Positions 46,701 to 58,653 of a DNA stretch of 64,000 nucleotides are shown here, piece after piece. The position numbers were made by a program, and so were the translations under genes. The notes under the pieces are model-generated. The model saw only the letters and a program-made list of their open reading frames with translations, ran no database searches and was not told the DNA's origin. Source of the DNA: Hydrurus foetidus (lineage: Eukaryota); contig UYFQ01000852.1 of the NCBI GenBank assembly GCA_900617105.1, positions 1-64,000 of the forward strand, in the 5' to 3' direction. The number at the start of each line of letters is the position of its first letter. Position 1 is the stretch's first letter.

Positions 46701-49616
46701 GCTGTCGACTTTCCGATGCGAGATCGCCCCGGATGACCTGCGCATCGCCACCGCCGAGATCCGCGCCGCCGAGGAAGGAGATCGACTGGCCGCCCGGATC
46801 CGCGCCTTGCGCGAACGGGTCGCACTCGGACTGACGTCGGGACGGTATGTCAGCCTTCCGGATCCTCCGACCTTGCCGACGATGGTGACGACGAAGACCT
46901 AGAACCGAACCCGGCTGACGCCGAGCCGGCAAAGGACGGACAGCGGCGGGCGCGACGCCGCACGCCCTGGAGGTCTGCCTCGTCAACGGGCTCGTGGCTC
47001 CAGAGGGCGGAGGCCGCGTCCTGTGGGTCGATGACCGGATGACCAGCGGTTATCTTCGCAGCCAGGATCATCCAGTCGTCACCGTGGTCGAGGTGCTCAA
47101 CGCCCTGGTCGCGGCGGGTGTTTTGACGGCCGATGACCGGCGGGCGAATTGCTGCGTCTGCGGCGCGGCGGCGCCGCCTTCCTGCCCATGGCTTCGACGA
47201 GGTTCTGGCCCCTCATGGCCGCTTCCGTGCGCGACGGTCGGCTTGTTGAGACGGCTGATCTGATCGTGCTGAGGCGCAATCTCGCCTCGACGGCACGGCA
47301 GGACGTCCATCTCCACATCAGCGACGGCAGGACGTGCGAACAGCCCTTCGTCAGCAGCATGATCCGGCTGACGGAGGACTGTCTTCGCGCCATCTGGAGC
47401 GATCCGGTGGCGTCTCACGACGATCGGGTCGCCCGGTCGAACTGGGTCTGGGAAAACCTGCGGATCGAACGGTGCGTGCGGCCGCTCCCGGTCGATCAGC
47501 CGGGCGAAGGCAACACATTGCTGGCCTCGGTCACCCTGGCGGGTCTGTTCGCCCTGGGCTCGCAGATCAACGGAGGCGACTATGCCGAGCGCCTTATCCG
47601 CCGCAAGGCCTACATCGACTGGCTCGACGGTCGCGCCCTGAAGCCTCGCGGCGGTCGCGCCCGGGAAGCCTGGGTGCACCGGATGGGCGAGCAGTACCGA
47701 TCGCTCTACGAGGGACAGTTCGATCTCGAGTTCCCGGAGGATCAGACGGGACTGGTCCTGAAACTCCGTCACGACGAGATCCAAGCCCTGCCCGAAGTCA
47801 TGCGGGAACAACTGCTCGAGAAGCCGGAGTTCGCCAGGGCCGTCGGGCTGCGCGTCGGGCATTTCGTGACCGCAGGTCCCCATGCTTTCGAAAGCACGCC
47901 ATTCTGGTCCGCCGCGGTCAAAGCCATCCGGTCGGGCGCGGCGACGGTCAAATCCCGCGCCGGCGGGACGTTCGCCATGCGCTGGGTCGACAACGCCTTG
48001 CATGTCGACTCACCAGAACCTGTCGTGCTGGCCATGCCGTTCGCGGCGGCTCTGACGGCCCAGGGTCCGGCCCGCAGAGCCGCCATCAAGGACTTTCTGG
48101 CCGGTCTCGACATCACCCCGCGCTTCGCGACGAAACCCTGAAGGTTGCGTCCAAGACGCGGTCCCACGCGGCGCTCGTCCACCTGTTGAGAGCCGCCGAG
48201 AGCGGCGTGGTGGCCAACCGGTATGTCGAGATCGACGAGGCGCTCAGGGCGGGCGGCGACGTTCCGATGAAGGTTCTCCTACCCCCACCGGCGAAGGCGG
48301 CCCTTCATGCGCTGCGTCTGGAAGGACCCGGACCGCTCACGCACCGCGTCGGCCAGGCCTGGGCGCAGCTCGAAGCCGAACATGGAAAGATCGAAGCGTT
48401 CCGCCGTCTCGGGGACTCCTGCTCGATCTCGGCGACCGGATCGGCGACATCACTCCTCCGCGTCCGACGAGCGGGATCGCGACGATCCACGCAGTGGCCG
48501 CCCGACGACGGCGGGGCGATGCGCCCGACGATGTCGTTCGGGCGCTGCTCGACATGCCGGACGACGCCTACAGCCTGACCATCGATCTCGTGGAGTGGTC
48601 GCGCAAGGCCTACACGTCCGACGCGGACTGGCTCGCTCTGCAGCCTGACGACCAGCTCGCCCTGTGCTGGTCCCATGCCCACCGACTGCAGACCATTGTC
48701 ATGAGGCTGAGCGACGACTTCGCGGGGCTCCGACAGAAATCCCAGACCTATTCGCCCGATCAGTCGGTGGAGCAGGAACTCGCCGGCGCGGGTGCTCTGC
48801 GCAACGACCGCGCCTTCCCGACCCTGCTGCAGGGCGCATCGCTCCTCTACCACGGCCTCGGTCATGTGTTCGGCGACGACGCGCCGTGGATGGACCTGTC
48901 CCTGGATTTGCAGGCGGCCCTGCCCGACCGTCTGCTCTCCGTGGCGCCGGACGGGATGGGCCTGCATGGCGCCCTGATGTTTGCGGGTCCACGAAGCACG
49001 AACGTGATGGCTTCGTGGCTCGATCGCCACCCAGCCGGCCTCGTGGATGAAACCTTACAGCCTGACGGGGCCCGTTACCGGCATTTCGCGGCGGCCCTCA
49101 CGGCCCTGGAAGCCGGCCCGGACGACCTCATGGCCTGGGGGCTCGCAGGCCTGCTGGCTCGAGGCGGCTGCGACGCCGACAACGGGGAGCGCTACGTCGA
49201 GGCGGTCAAACGAGCGGACTTCGCCACGCTTGCCCTGTCCGAAAACGGCCGCCAGGTCTGCGCGATCGCTTTGGAGGGGCTTGCCGGCTGGAGCCCGCTG
49301 ACGTCGGAGGAACTGGCCGGCAAGATGTACGACATGGCGAGCGGATACGCGAAAGTCTTGTCGGGCCCGATCCGTCTTGCAGACGCCGCCTCGACCAAGG
49401 CCGTGGATCCGCTCGTGGCGACCCTGTTGGCCGGCGCCAGGACGGCGACCAGACGTCGAGCCTCGCCCGCCTCCATCGCGGAGCCCTCGCGGCCGCTAGC
49501 GGGTGGCCGGCCTTGGCTCCTGTATTCAGGCTGCTGTTCGAACGCTGGTACGGACGTGCAGACCCTTCGGCGGACGGCCTCTGGGCCGGCTTCATCGATT
49601 TCCGGCCTGGGCCTGA
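43724..49616 (+). CDS. Very large (about 1950 aa) protein: N-terminal restriction-endonuclease-like domain, TPR-like repeats, PIN-like domain
   Basis: GGAGGGG RBS; WELLTARLL...ERGLKQYGLDA...GLSAKCY (Mrr-like); TPR-like GHFDEGERLL, LGQGRYDEALSL; IILDPTALLIAEQLELLD and RVLWVDDRM (PIN-like acidic motifs). Overlapping + strand ORFs tile the whole interval. Confidence 0.7.
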
Positions 49617-49622
49617 GAGATC

Positions 49623-50573
49623 TCACGCCAGCGGCGTCATCCGGTACGCGCCGTCCGAACCCGCGCTGACCGAGGCGATCTCCTCGATACGGCGACCCTG
49701 CGACGTCCGTCGGATATGAACCACGACGTCGACAGCCTGGGCGATCATCCGCCTCGGAACGGCGGAGCCGAGTTCGGCGATCAGATCCTCGATCCGGGCC
49801 AGGGTCTCGGTCGCCGAGTTGGCGTGGATAGTCGATAGCCCGCCGGGATGTCCCGTGTTCCAGGCCTTGAGCGTCTCGAGCGCGGCCGATCCTTCTCATC
49901 TCACCGATGACGATCCGGTCCGGACGCATCCTCAGGGCGTCTCGCACAAGATCGACGACGCCGATCACGACCGGGTACCGTCGGGTCAGGGTGGCGACGA
50001 GATCCCAGGCCGAACACTGAAGCTCCGGCGTGTCCTCGATCAGGAAGACCCGGTCGTCCGCGAACGACGGTTCGGCCAGGAGGGCGTTGGCGAGGGTGGT
50101 CTTCCCCGACCCTGTCCCGCCCGAAATCAGGAGATTCCGCCGGTCTCGTACTGCCGCCCGCAGCACTTGGGCCTGACCCTCGCTCATGACCCTGTCGCGA
50201 ACATAGTCCTCGAGGCCATATCACCGATGGTCTCTTCCGGATCGAAAACGCCGGTCCCGAGGTGACGGGCGGCAGGAAGCCCTGAAAGCGCTCCCCGGTC
50301 ACCGGGAGCACGCCGGACAGGCGCGGCGCCTCGCGTCACCAGCTCTCCGACATAGTCCGCGATCAGCCGGACCACCCGGTCGCGGGCGTCTGGATCGAGA
50401 CGGATGTCCGTGTCCTTTCGACCTTCTCCGGTCCGGTCCAGCACCAGCCGCCCGTCGGGATTGACGAGGATCTCGACCACCGCCGGTTCGAGAAGCGCGG
50501 CGAGGATTGCGGGCCCGAGCGCGTGGCGCAGGGCTTCGAGCTTGCGTTCGACCACGATGGGGTGCGCCGTCAT
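49623..50573 (-). CDS. trbB: TrbB/VirB11 ATPase
   Basis: VVEILVNPDGRL; GERFQGFLPPV; NLLISGGTGSGKTTLANALL; IEDTPELQ; ALRMRPDRIVIGE; WNTGHPGGLSTIHANS. Confidence 0.95.
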
Positions 50574-51011
50574 TCGCCGCCCGGCTGGAAGCTGCGGGTT
50601 CGTCCTGCACCTGCTGGCGCTGTGATCGGGAGCCTGCGATCAGACGCGCCGCCGTGTCGTCGAGAAGTCTTTCGATCCGGCGATCGACGGCGGCGCGGGC
50701 CACCGGGTCCTGATCAGTGACCGCGTCCGGAAGACGGAGAAAGAAGGCGCGGGCGACTTCGATCAGCAGCTCCTGGATGATCTGCACGTCACGCGCCGTC
50801 GAGCGCATATGGTCCCGCAGGGCCCGATCGAGCTGGAGAAGACGATCCTCGGGGTCGGCGGGAAGGCTTCTGGCCAGACCTCTGCTGATGACCCGACCCG
50901 CGGCCTGGCTCAACGGGATGTTCGCGGTGCGGGCTTCCCGACTGAGGGCGGCGATCACCCGGGGTCGGTGAGGTAGACCTGCACCCGCGTCGCCACATTA
51001 TGGGCGGCCAT
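50570..51011 (-). CDS. CopG/ribbon-helix-helix-type protein
   Basis: MAAHNVATRVQVYLTD..IAALSREA...LSQAAGRVI; canonical position between traG and trbB. Confidence 0.75.
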
Positions 51012-52870
51012 CGGAGTCTCCCTGAAGGCCGTCGAGGATCGCCTGTTCGGCGGCGTAGGCGGTGGAGATGCGCTCGTAGGTCTCCGCAGCCCTGGCCGCG
51101 ACGCGCTTGTCGTGGATGGCGGCCTCGACCTCCTTGAACAGCGGCAAGGCGGCTTCAGGGTCCTCGCCGAGGCTTCGGCGTCCAGTCCAGGGATGGGGTG
51201 GGACCCCGGGCTGTCGATGCGTCTGGTCTGATCCGGAGGGGCGAGGTCGGCGCGGCGCCGAAAGGGCGACTGGCGGTCATACATCACCTTGCGGGTCCGC
51301 AGCGGGCGATGGCCGGCGGCGAAGGTCAGCTGGATGTCTTCGGGCAAGGCCCGGATTTCGCCGGGTTCGAGCAGGGGACGTTCTATCTCCGAACGCGAGA
51401 CTGAACTGCGCCCTGCGCCGAGGCCGGCAGGACCGCTCCGGCTGGTCTTGCGCTCGAGCACGGTGCCGGTGAGTTTCGAGACCTTGTCCTGGGTCAGTGG
51501 ATCGAGCGCGCTAAAGGCGGTGTAGACGTGGCAGTTGTCGAGGATGGTGTTGTTGGCGCCGTAGGTCTCGACGATGTCGTTCAAGGATTGGGCGACGAAC
51601 ATCGTCTTGATGCCGTAGCCGCTCATCAGCCGCAGGGATTTCTCGAAGAAGGCCAGCCGCCCGAGGAGCGGAAACTCATCCATCAGCATCAGCAGCCGTC
51701 GGGTCTTCGGACGACCCGCATCGTCGCTCGTCTCATGGGCGGTCAGCGCCTGGGAGGCGGCATAGAAGAGCAACCGCACCAGCGGTTTCAGGGCGACGGC
51801 GTCCGCGGGCGCGACCTGGACATAGAGGGAGACCGGAGCCTCGGCGCACATCAGGTCGCCGAGACAAAAGTCCGAGGCGGACAGGGATCGCTCAAGGTCC
51901 TCTCCGGCCAGCCATTTGAGATAGCTGCGGGCCGTCCCCTGCACGGAGGTGCGGAAGCGATCATGCATCGCGGCGTAACCCTTCACCGCGGTCGAGATGA
52001 ACGGATGCACCTCGGGATCGCCGTTCGGGCCATTCCGATGCAGGGTTCTGACCATGACGTCGGCGGCGGCGTCCAGATCCGCGAGCAGAGTACGGACTGT
52101 CAGGAGCGTCTTCGCGCCATCGGGCGCTGTGTAGAGAACATGAAGGATCACGGCCTCGATGATCTCCGAGGCCGCCTTGTCCCAGATGGCTTCATCATCG
52201 CGCGACCCGCCGGGGTCGCTGAGGATGGCGACCAGTCGCTGGACCTGCGCCAGCTCCTGGGGCCAGGCCGGATCTCGGCGAGGGGATTGAAGCGGGCCGA
52301 CACGGGGTCTCTGGGATTGAAGAACAGGGCGTGGCTGTGGATCGAACGCCAGCCCGCCGTGACCCGCCATAGCTCGCCCTTCGGGTCATGGGCGAGCACG
52401 CTGTCGGTCCAGCTGAGAAGCGTCGGAATGACATGGCCCCGGCCCTTGCCGGCGCGGGTGCCGCCCGTGACCAGGGTCGGGCGGAGGTCCGTGGTCGCCA
52501 GAAGCCTCCCGTCCAGTCGACCCAGGATACACCCGGCCCCGTCGCGCAGTCCGGCGCGCGGCGTCCGCGAGACCGCCCCAGCCCGGGTCCGTTGCACGGC
52601 GCCGCCATCGAACAGAAGCGTCGATCCGAACCCGGCGGCGGCGATCAGAAGGAAGGCGGAGACCGGCAGGGAGAAGGCGTCGGAGTGGTCTTCGCCGAAA
52701 CGCTGCCGCCAGATCAGGATGGACCAGGGCCAGTAGAGCGCCAGATCCTCCGTTCGCAGAGCCGGGCCGAGCGCGGCGTGATACCGGAACTGCCAGGCGA
52801 AGCATTGGGTTGCGGCCTGGAGACCGGCGAGGACGGCGGCGGCGGCGGCGATCAGACGCGCTGGAGACAT
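50998..52870 (-). CDS. traG: Type IV coupling protein TraG/VirD4
   Basis: ATQCFAWQFRYHAALG; LVTGGTRAGKGRGHVIPTLLSW; HDPKGELW; FNPLAEIR; LLMLMDEFPLLGRL; VAQSLNDI..YG. Confidence 0.95.
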
Positions 52871-53231
52871 AGGTCCGGTCCAAGAGGGACAACAAGGCCA
52901 CAGGGGACGCCGGATTCAGGCGACTTTCGGGCGTGGCGGCCTCGCTGATCCGACTCTTCAGGCGCGTATTTTCCACCCGCCTTTAACGACGGGTTCGGCC
53001 GCCCGGAGCGCGTACTGAATATATTCTCGCGGCCTTAGCCGAGGCCTGCTCCGCGCGCAGTCGTACGAAATCCTCCGACCGGAACTGGCAGATCGTTGAA
53101 GACACAGGGCCCGCTTCCGACACTCAAGCCAAGCTAGCCTGCCCTTGAGACGCCGAACAGCTCTCCGTCACCTTTGGGCGGCGCGCCTACGCCTTTGTTC
53201 GGGAAACTGCGAAATCCGTCACGAGAGATGT

Positions 53232-54371
53232 TTATTCGGCGCCAAGTTCTGAAGAAGCGGCTGTTGTCGCAGCAGTGGGTCTACGGCTGAGTTTTGCCCG
53301 CAGCGCCTTTCTCACCTGCGCGGGCGGAACGAGACCGCCTTGTTTCACCGGGTCGATCGCATCCGCTTCGCTCAGCGCCCAATCGGCCCATGCTTGAGGT
53401 GTCTCGTTTTCGCTTTCCATAGGAGCCGGACATCACCTCGGCGACCAGGCCGCGTATGTCGCGGGCCGTCCGCCAATCATCCGCCTGGTCGAAAGCCGAT
53501 CCCGCCGCCGCTCGGCTTGCTCGCGACGTTGGCGCTCCCGCAGGCGCCTCACTGAGTCTTTCTGCTGACGGACTCTATCTTCCGCCTTAAGTCGGTCCTC
53601 GATACTGCGCTGATACAGGGCCTGAACCTGGTGACGGCAGGACGCCTCGGCCGCCAGCAGGATCGCCAGTCCGATTTCGGGAAGCTGGGCGTCAAATTCA
53701 GGTCGTGCAACGCGCTGAAATGAGTCCTGGCCCGTGTCGTCGGCGGATGGCAACAATAGTCCCGCAAGGCTCTCACCCTGCTCCTTCGGCGAAAGCCACA
53801 ACTCCGTGGTGATCGCATGAATCTGCATACGAAAGCGGCCGGGCTCCACCTCCCTGATCTCGGGTGGGGCGACGAAGCCGGCCAGGAATGCGCTAAGCCG
53901 TGCGAGAAAGGCGCGACCCGGATCGGACGATGGGAGATGGTTCGGTTGGCCACGCGGCGCGGGTCGACGACGCCGCTCGCTAAAAAGTGTCTCTTGTCCC
54001 GGCGGGTTCGATCCACCGCCAGGCTCTCAGACGCCAGGCGCTTGGCCAACTCTTCGAGGCTTTCGGTGAACACGGGCGAGGGCGGCAAGGGGTCGGCGAG
54101 CACTTCGCTCGGTGTCCGATTCCAGAAGGGCGTCCCACTGCTCTCAACCCAGGCCGCCGCTCCGGGTGGGCGGCGGAGAAGCGGGGACGAAAGACGGCCT
54201 TCCCGCCCGACGCTTTGTCCAGTAGCCGACCGGAGGCCTGGGTACGGCCATCTCCATGGCGTACTCGGTCAGCTTGCTTGCCGGGATACCGAGTGGTTGG
54301 GCGATCGCTGTCATCGGCGCTTGCCAGATCCGCTCGTAGAGCTCTTCCCGCGTTAGATACTGCAACGGCAT
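53232..54371 (-). CDS. Hypothetical protein (LTREELYERIW / VPRPPVGYW type)
   Basis: MPLQYLTREELYERIWQAPMTAIA...VPRPPVGYWTK at the N-terminus and WADWALSEADAIDP at the C-terminus; type often seen on mobile elements. Confidence 0.65.
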
Positions 54372-54475
54372 GGCTCAGTGAACTAGCCGAGTCGATCGTG
54401 ACCTGTCCCTCAAAAGACGGGTTCACGCTCGTGCATCCGGCGTAATGGCGAAGAGGTCGCGGACGTCGCCCTGGC

Positions 54476-54900
54476 TCAGTTGCCGCCCTCGCGACCGCCC
54501 GCGGCGCGTAGAAGATCGCCTATGCCTCGTCCATTCAGGACGCACCGGGCGATGACCCTGTCGTAGACGACCACCCGTCCGTTTCGGCCCCGGACCGCCG
54601 TACAATCGAGGCGCCTGCCCTGAACAAGTCGCGACAGTTGATCCGGGCCGCCCGTCCCGTCGGACTGTGAAGTTCGGGCGCGTCGAAGTCCGCCAGCCGC
54701 ACTTCGATCCATGTCGATGGACCAGACGTTGCACCGACGCAGAGGCTGTCGCCATCGCCGATGTAGCGGACGACCCCGAAGCCCTCGCCCGCACGCGATG
54801 GCAGTCTGCCTTCACAGGGGTCCGCGCGCGCAGCGGCGGAAGGGAAACGAGAGCGAGGGCGAGCAGGCCCAACCCATAACGCCGCATCGGGGCCGCGGCT
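54476..54900 (-). CDS. Secreted thermonuclease (SNase-like)
   Basis: Signal-like YGLGLLALALVSL; VVRYIGDGDSLCV; WIEVRLADFDAPELH; YDRVIARCVLNGRGIGDLL. Confidence 0.75.
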
Positions 54901-54976
54901 GCTCGGCGGACCGCGCGGATCAACATCATGGATCGCCCGGAGGCTGCCCTATCCATCATTCACGTCCTCTCCGCGA

Positions 54977-56170
54977 TCAGGGCCGAAACGCCGCATCTGG
55001 GATCAACGCCAGTCCATTCGCCAGCACGGCTCCGCCCTGAGACCGCGCTTCGACCCGCAAGGTCGCCAGGATTTCAGGATTGATACAGTACCGGGCCGCT
55101 CCGTCCCGTTCGCCACCGTCATCGGAAGGCTGGAAGGCCGCGAACACCGCTTTGTCGAAGCCCCAGCGCACGGCGTCGATCGGCGGAACGGACGTGTCGG
55201 CCAGAACGATGCCGTACACCTCCGAATACATCGCCCATGTGGCCAGAGGAGCCGAGCGCGGCCAGTCATCGTCGAGCAGGACCCGCCGCCGGCGTTTGCT
55301 GACGATCCACTGCCGACCCGCCCATTCGACAACCGTCCACTCCGCATACGGACGGATCGTTTCCCACGGAACCCTGCCGGTCCGTCGCTCGCCGTCGTCG
55401 ATCTCGCCCGGCGGCCCGAAGACCAATCCATGGCCCTGTCGAAACTCGCTCGCTGAACCGGCGAAGGGCCGGACGGCGGGATCTGCGGAGGAAGAGGCGA
55501 TGTCGAGAGGCCTGCGACTGGTGGCGCGGCCGGCTCCGTAAAGATGACGACGAGATCAGCCTTGGTGGAGGGGCCGAGCCGCGCGCCGATACAGAAGCCG
55601 TGCGTCGCCGTGCGACCGAAGGCGCTATAGCCGAGGTGAGGCGCGACCTGTCCCTGTAGCCCAGTCGCGCGAAGGATTTTCCACCCGGCTTTCTCGTTCC
55701 CTTCGATTCCGTGAGCGCCAGGTCATGGGTCAGGCCGTGTTCGAAGACAAAATCAGGTGAGCGGGTCGCGGTCGGATCACCGCCGGCGGCATCCTCGAAA
55801 TGGCCGCACCAGACGTAGCCTTCGGCCTCCATGAACAGATAGCCGAGACCGGTCGCGATGACGCCCGTCAGATATGAGCCGACGAAGTCCTTGAGTTGCC
55901 CGGCGGAATTCTCGAGCGCAAAGTCAGCGGCTGACGCGTCCACGTGCAGGTCGATCATCGCCGACATCGACCGGACGTGAGCCGCCTGTAGCCGCTTGGG
56001 AATATAGTAGCGGTTAGCGCAGAACGCCGCCGCCAGACCGAGCTCCGCCGGCGTGAAGTCGAAGGACGTCGTGACGGGTTTGGCGCCGAGCACTGCGCCG
56101 GCGGCGCATGCCCTTCCGTGTCGTTGACGGTGATCGATTTCGAGACCCGTGACCTGCTCCAGGAGGGCAT
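54977..56170 (-). CDS. Putative PD-(D/E)xK nuclease-fold protein
   Basis: SYLTGVIATGLGYL...HFED...RSPDFVF...LALTESKGT. 54977-55426 may be its C-terminus or a separate gene. Confidence 0.6.
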
Positions 56171-56182
56171 GACAGTTTCAGC

Positions 56183-56781
56183 CTAACGAACAGCGGTAAC
56201 GAACCGCGCGGACGTCCGGTCGTACTGCTTCAGCCTTACCAAACTGTCCCGAACCGGAGCGACTGTAAGAACGAGCTCTATCAGCGCGGTCTTGTCGCCC
56301 AGGCGCGACAGCGCCTCCTCGCAGAAGGCCTCGGCGTCCTCGAGGAACTCATAGGGCTCGATCCAGTCTCGGGCGCTGCTCATCAAGTCCTGATCCCTCA
56401 AGGTCATCGCTTGAAGCAGGGCATACATCCCGTGCCAACGGAGCGCGTCACGCCCCTTGGGGCCGAAGTCAGATTCTTGCGGATCCCGTCAAGCCAGAAC
56501 GGCAGGTTGGCGTAACCGTGAGCAACCTGCTCCGGAACGATCAGCAGATGCTCGATATCATTGTCCAGGCGCGAGACCTGCTCGGCCTCCTGCCAAGTTT
56601 GCTCCGAAGCATCCCTCACTGGAAGATACACTCTGGGCACGCAGTCCAAGAAGTAACGCCGGAAGTGGAGGAGTTCGTGGAGGATCGACGGGTCGCCGGT
56701 CTGGTCGGGATCCAAGACCACGATCATAGGCTCGGGTTCGAGTCTCAGCCCTGGCGGCGCCGGGCGATCGATCTGCCTCAC
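56183..56781 (-). CDS. Hypothetical protein with HExxH metallopeptidase motif
   Basis: GDPSILHELLHFRRYF...LDNDIEH; continues in the 56183-56428 frame. The start may lie further upstream. Confidence 0.55.
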
Positions 56782-57042
56782 GGATCAGATCCACACCGAT
56801 CGGCTTGCCCCAGGCGGTCTCGAACTCATCCCAGATGGAAAGGACGTCCGAGGTGAGACGGCCTCGTAGACGATCACGGATCGACGGGTCAGGCGACAGT
56901 TGAACCCTCGGCTGTAATGGGGCAGGTCATCGCGTCGGCGCAATCGACTGACCCCGAGGCGAGTCAAGCGCGACGGATGCAAAGGCGAAGAAAGGGAGGG
57001 AGTCGGGCGCTCCGATTGGGAGCGGCAGACGGAGACGTCGCC

Positions 57043-57718
57043 ATGAGACCTCTTCCCGAAATCCGATCCGAGGATGAAGCGATCGGACCTGAACAGGCCG
57101 GATCGCTCGCGGGCCTCGACGACGCCACCCTGCTGGCCCTTCTTCTCGCCCGGGGACCGACGGTCGATGATCCCCACAGCGTCGCCGGCGGTCTGTTCGC
57201 ACGCTACGGCACCCTGGCGGCGATCGCATCGGCGGATCTGCCCGAGTTGGCCAGATCGGGGTCGGCCCCGTCGGACTGACCGACCTCAAGCTGATGCGCA
57301 TCCTGTGCGAGCGGCTGGCCCGGTGCGAGGCGGCGCGTCGCCCCGTGATCTCGTCCTGGGCGGCGCTTCTGTCCTATGTCCGCATCGCCCTGGCGGAGGA
57401 GCCACGCGAACAGTTCCGCGCCCTGTTCCTCGACCGCAGGAACCAGCTGATCCGGGACGAGATGATCGCCTTCGGGACGGTCGATCACGCCCCGGTCTAT
57501 CCGCGCGAGGTGGTTCGCCGGGCGCTCGACCTCTCGGCCTCCGCCATCATCCTCGTCCACAATCATCCTTCCGGCGATCCTGAACCCTCGCGGGCCGACA
57601 TCACCATGACCCGAAAGGTCGCGGATGCCGCCAGGCTTTCGACATCGGCGTCCATGACCATCTTGTCGTTGGACGCGACGGGACCGCGAGCATGCGCGCC
57701 CTGGGCCTTCTCACATGA
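57043..57718 (+). CDS. radC: RadC-family JAB-domain protein
   Basis: EQFRALFLDRRNQLIRDE...GTVDHAPVYPREVVRRAL...AIILVHNHPSGDPEPSRAD; HDHLVVG. Confidence 0.93.
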
Positions 57719-58653
57719 CCCTTGCGCGCATCGTCCGCGCGCTCGGCGGCGACCTCTATCAGAACGGACTGCGCGCCAACGTCCCCGCGCCGGGCCACGG
57801 GGCCGCGGATCGCTCCGTGTCCTTGCTGATGAGCGACGGCCGGCTGATCGTCCATTCGTTCGGCGCCGCCGATTGGCGAGAGGTTCTGGATGATCTCCGG
57901 GCGCGGGACTGATCGACACGAACGCAGGGCGCGCCCGCGGAAGCGGCGACAGCGCGCCGCCCCGGCCAGATGTGTCGCGGCGATTGACGTGGCCCGGAGC
58001 CTCTGGGCGGCGGGGGCGTGACCGGACCCCACGGTCTGGTCGCCCGGCACCTCGCGCTGAGAGGCGTCGCCTGGTCCTCGGAGATAGGCGGCCTGGTCGA
58101 ACATCCTGCCGCGCCCCTCACCGTCTATCGGTCAGGCGGTCGCATCTGCCGGGCCATGATGGCGCACATCCAGTCTTCCGATGGGGGTACGGCCGCTGTG
58201 GAGCTGACCTATCTAAGCCCGAATGGTCGCCAGGCGACAGGGCTGCGCGTTCCACGCAAGACCGTCGGGACGGTGCCTTCGGGCTCGGCCGTGAGACTGT
58301 CCCCGGCCGCGGCCGCCATGGTCGTCGCCGAAGGGGTCGTCACGACCCTCTCGGCCATGGCACGGTTCGGCCTCCCGGGTGGGCGTTGCTCTCCGCCGGC
58401 AACCTGGCCTGCTGGCGTCCGCCGGCCGGGGTCAGGCGGTGTTGATCGCTGGCGATCGCGGCGCGGCTGGCGAAGACGCCGCACACGCGCTTCAGGACAC
58501 CCTCATGTCGGCGGGCCTGGTGGCTCCGATCGCGCTTCCGCCCGTCCCTGGGGACTGGAACGAGGCCGGGGCGATCCAGGCGGGGAGGAGAAGGGAGGGC
58601 GGGCGCCGGGCACGCGGGGATGGGCCCCGCTTCCGGCAGGAGAAACCCCATGA
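57715..58653 (+). CDS. Toprim/primase-like protein
   Basis: MTLARIVRALGGDLY...PGHGAADRSVSL; VELTYLSPNG; RKTVG; VVAEGVVTTLSA; WALLSAGNL; IAGDRG; DWNE. Confidence 0.85.

Noticed and set aside
50955..52370. Apparent TraG-CopG fusion in the ORF track
   Set aside because: An alternative frame ends TraG at about 50998 overlapping the CopG start, the usual arrangement; indel artefact.
52871..53231. Possible oriT, tRNA or att site in the traG upstream gap
   Set aside because: No cloverleaf, recognisable nic sequence or direct-repeat partner found by eye, and no relaxase or integrase in the window.
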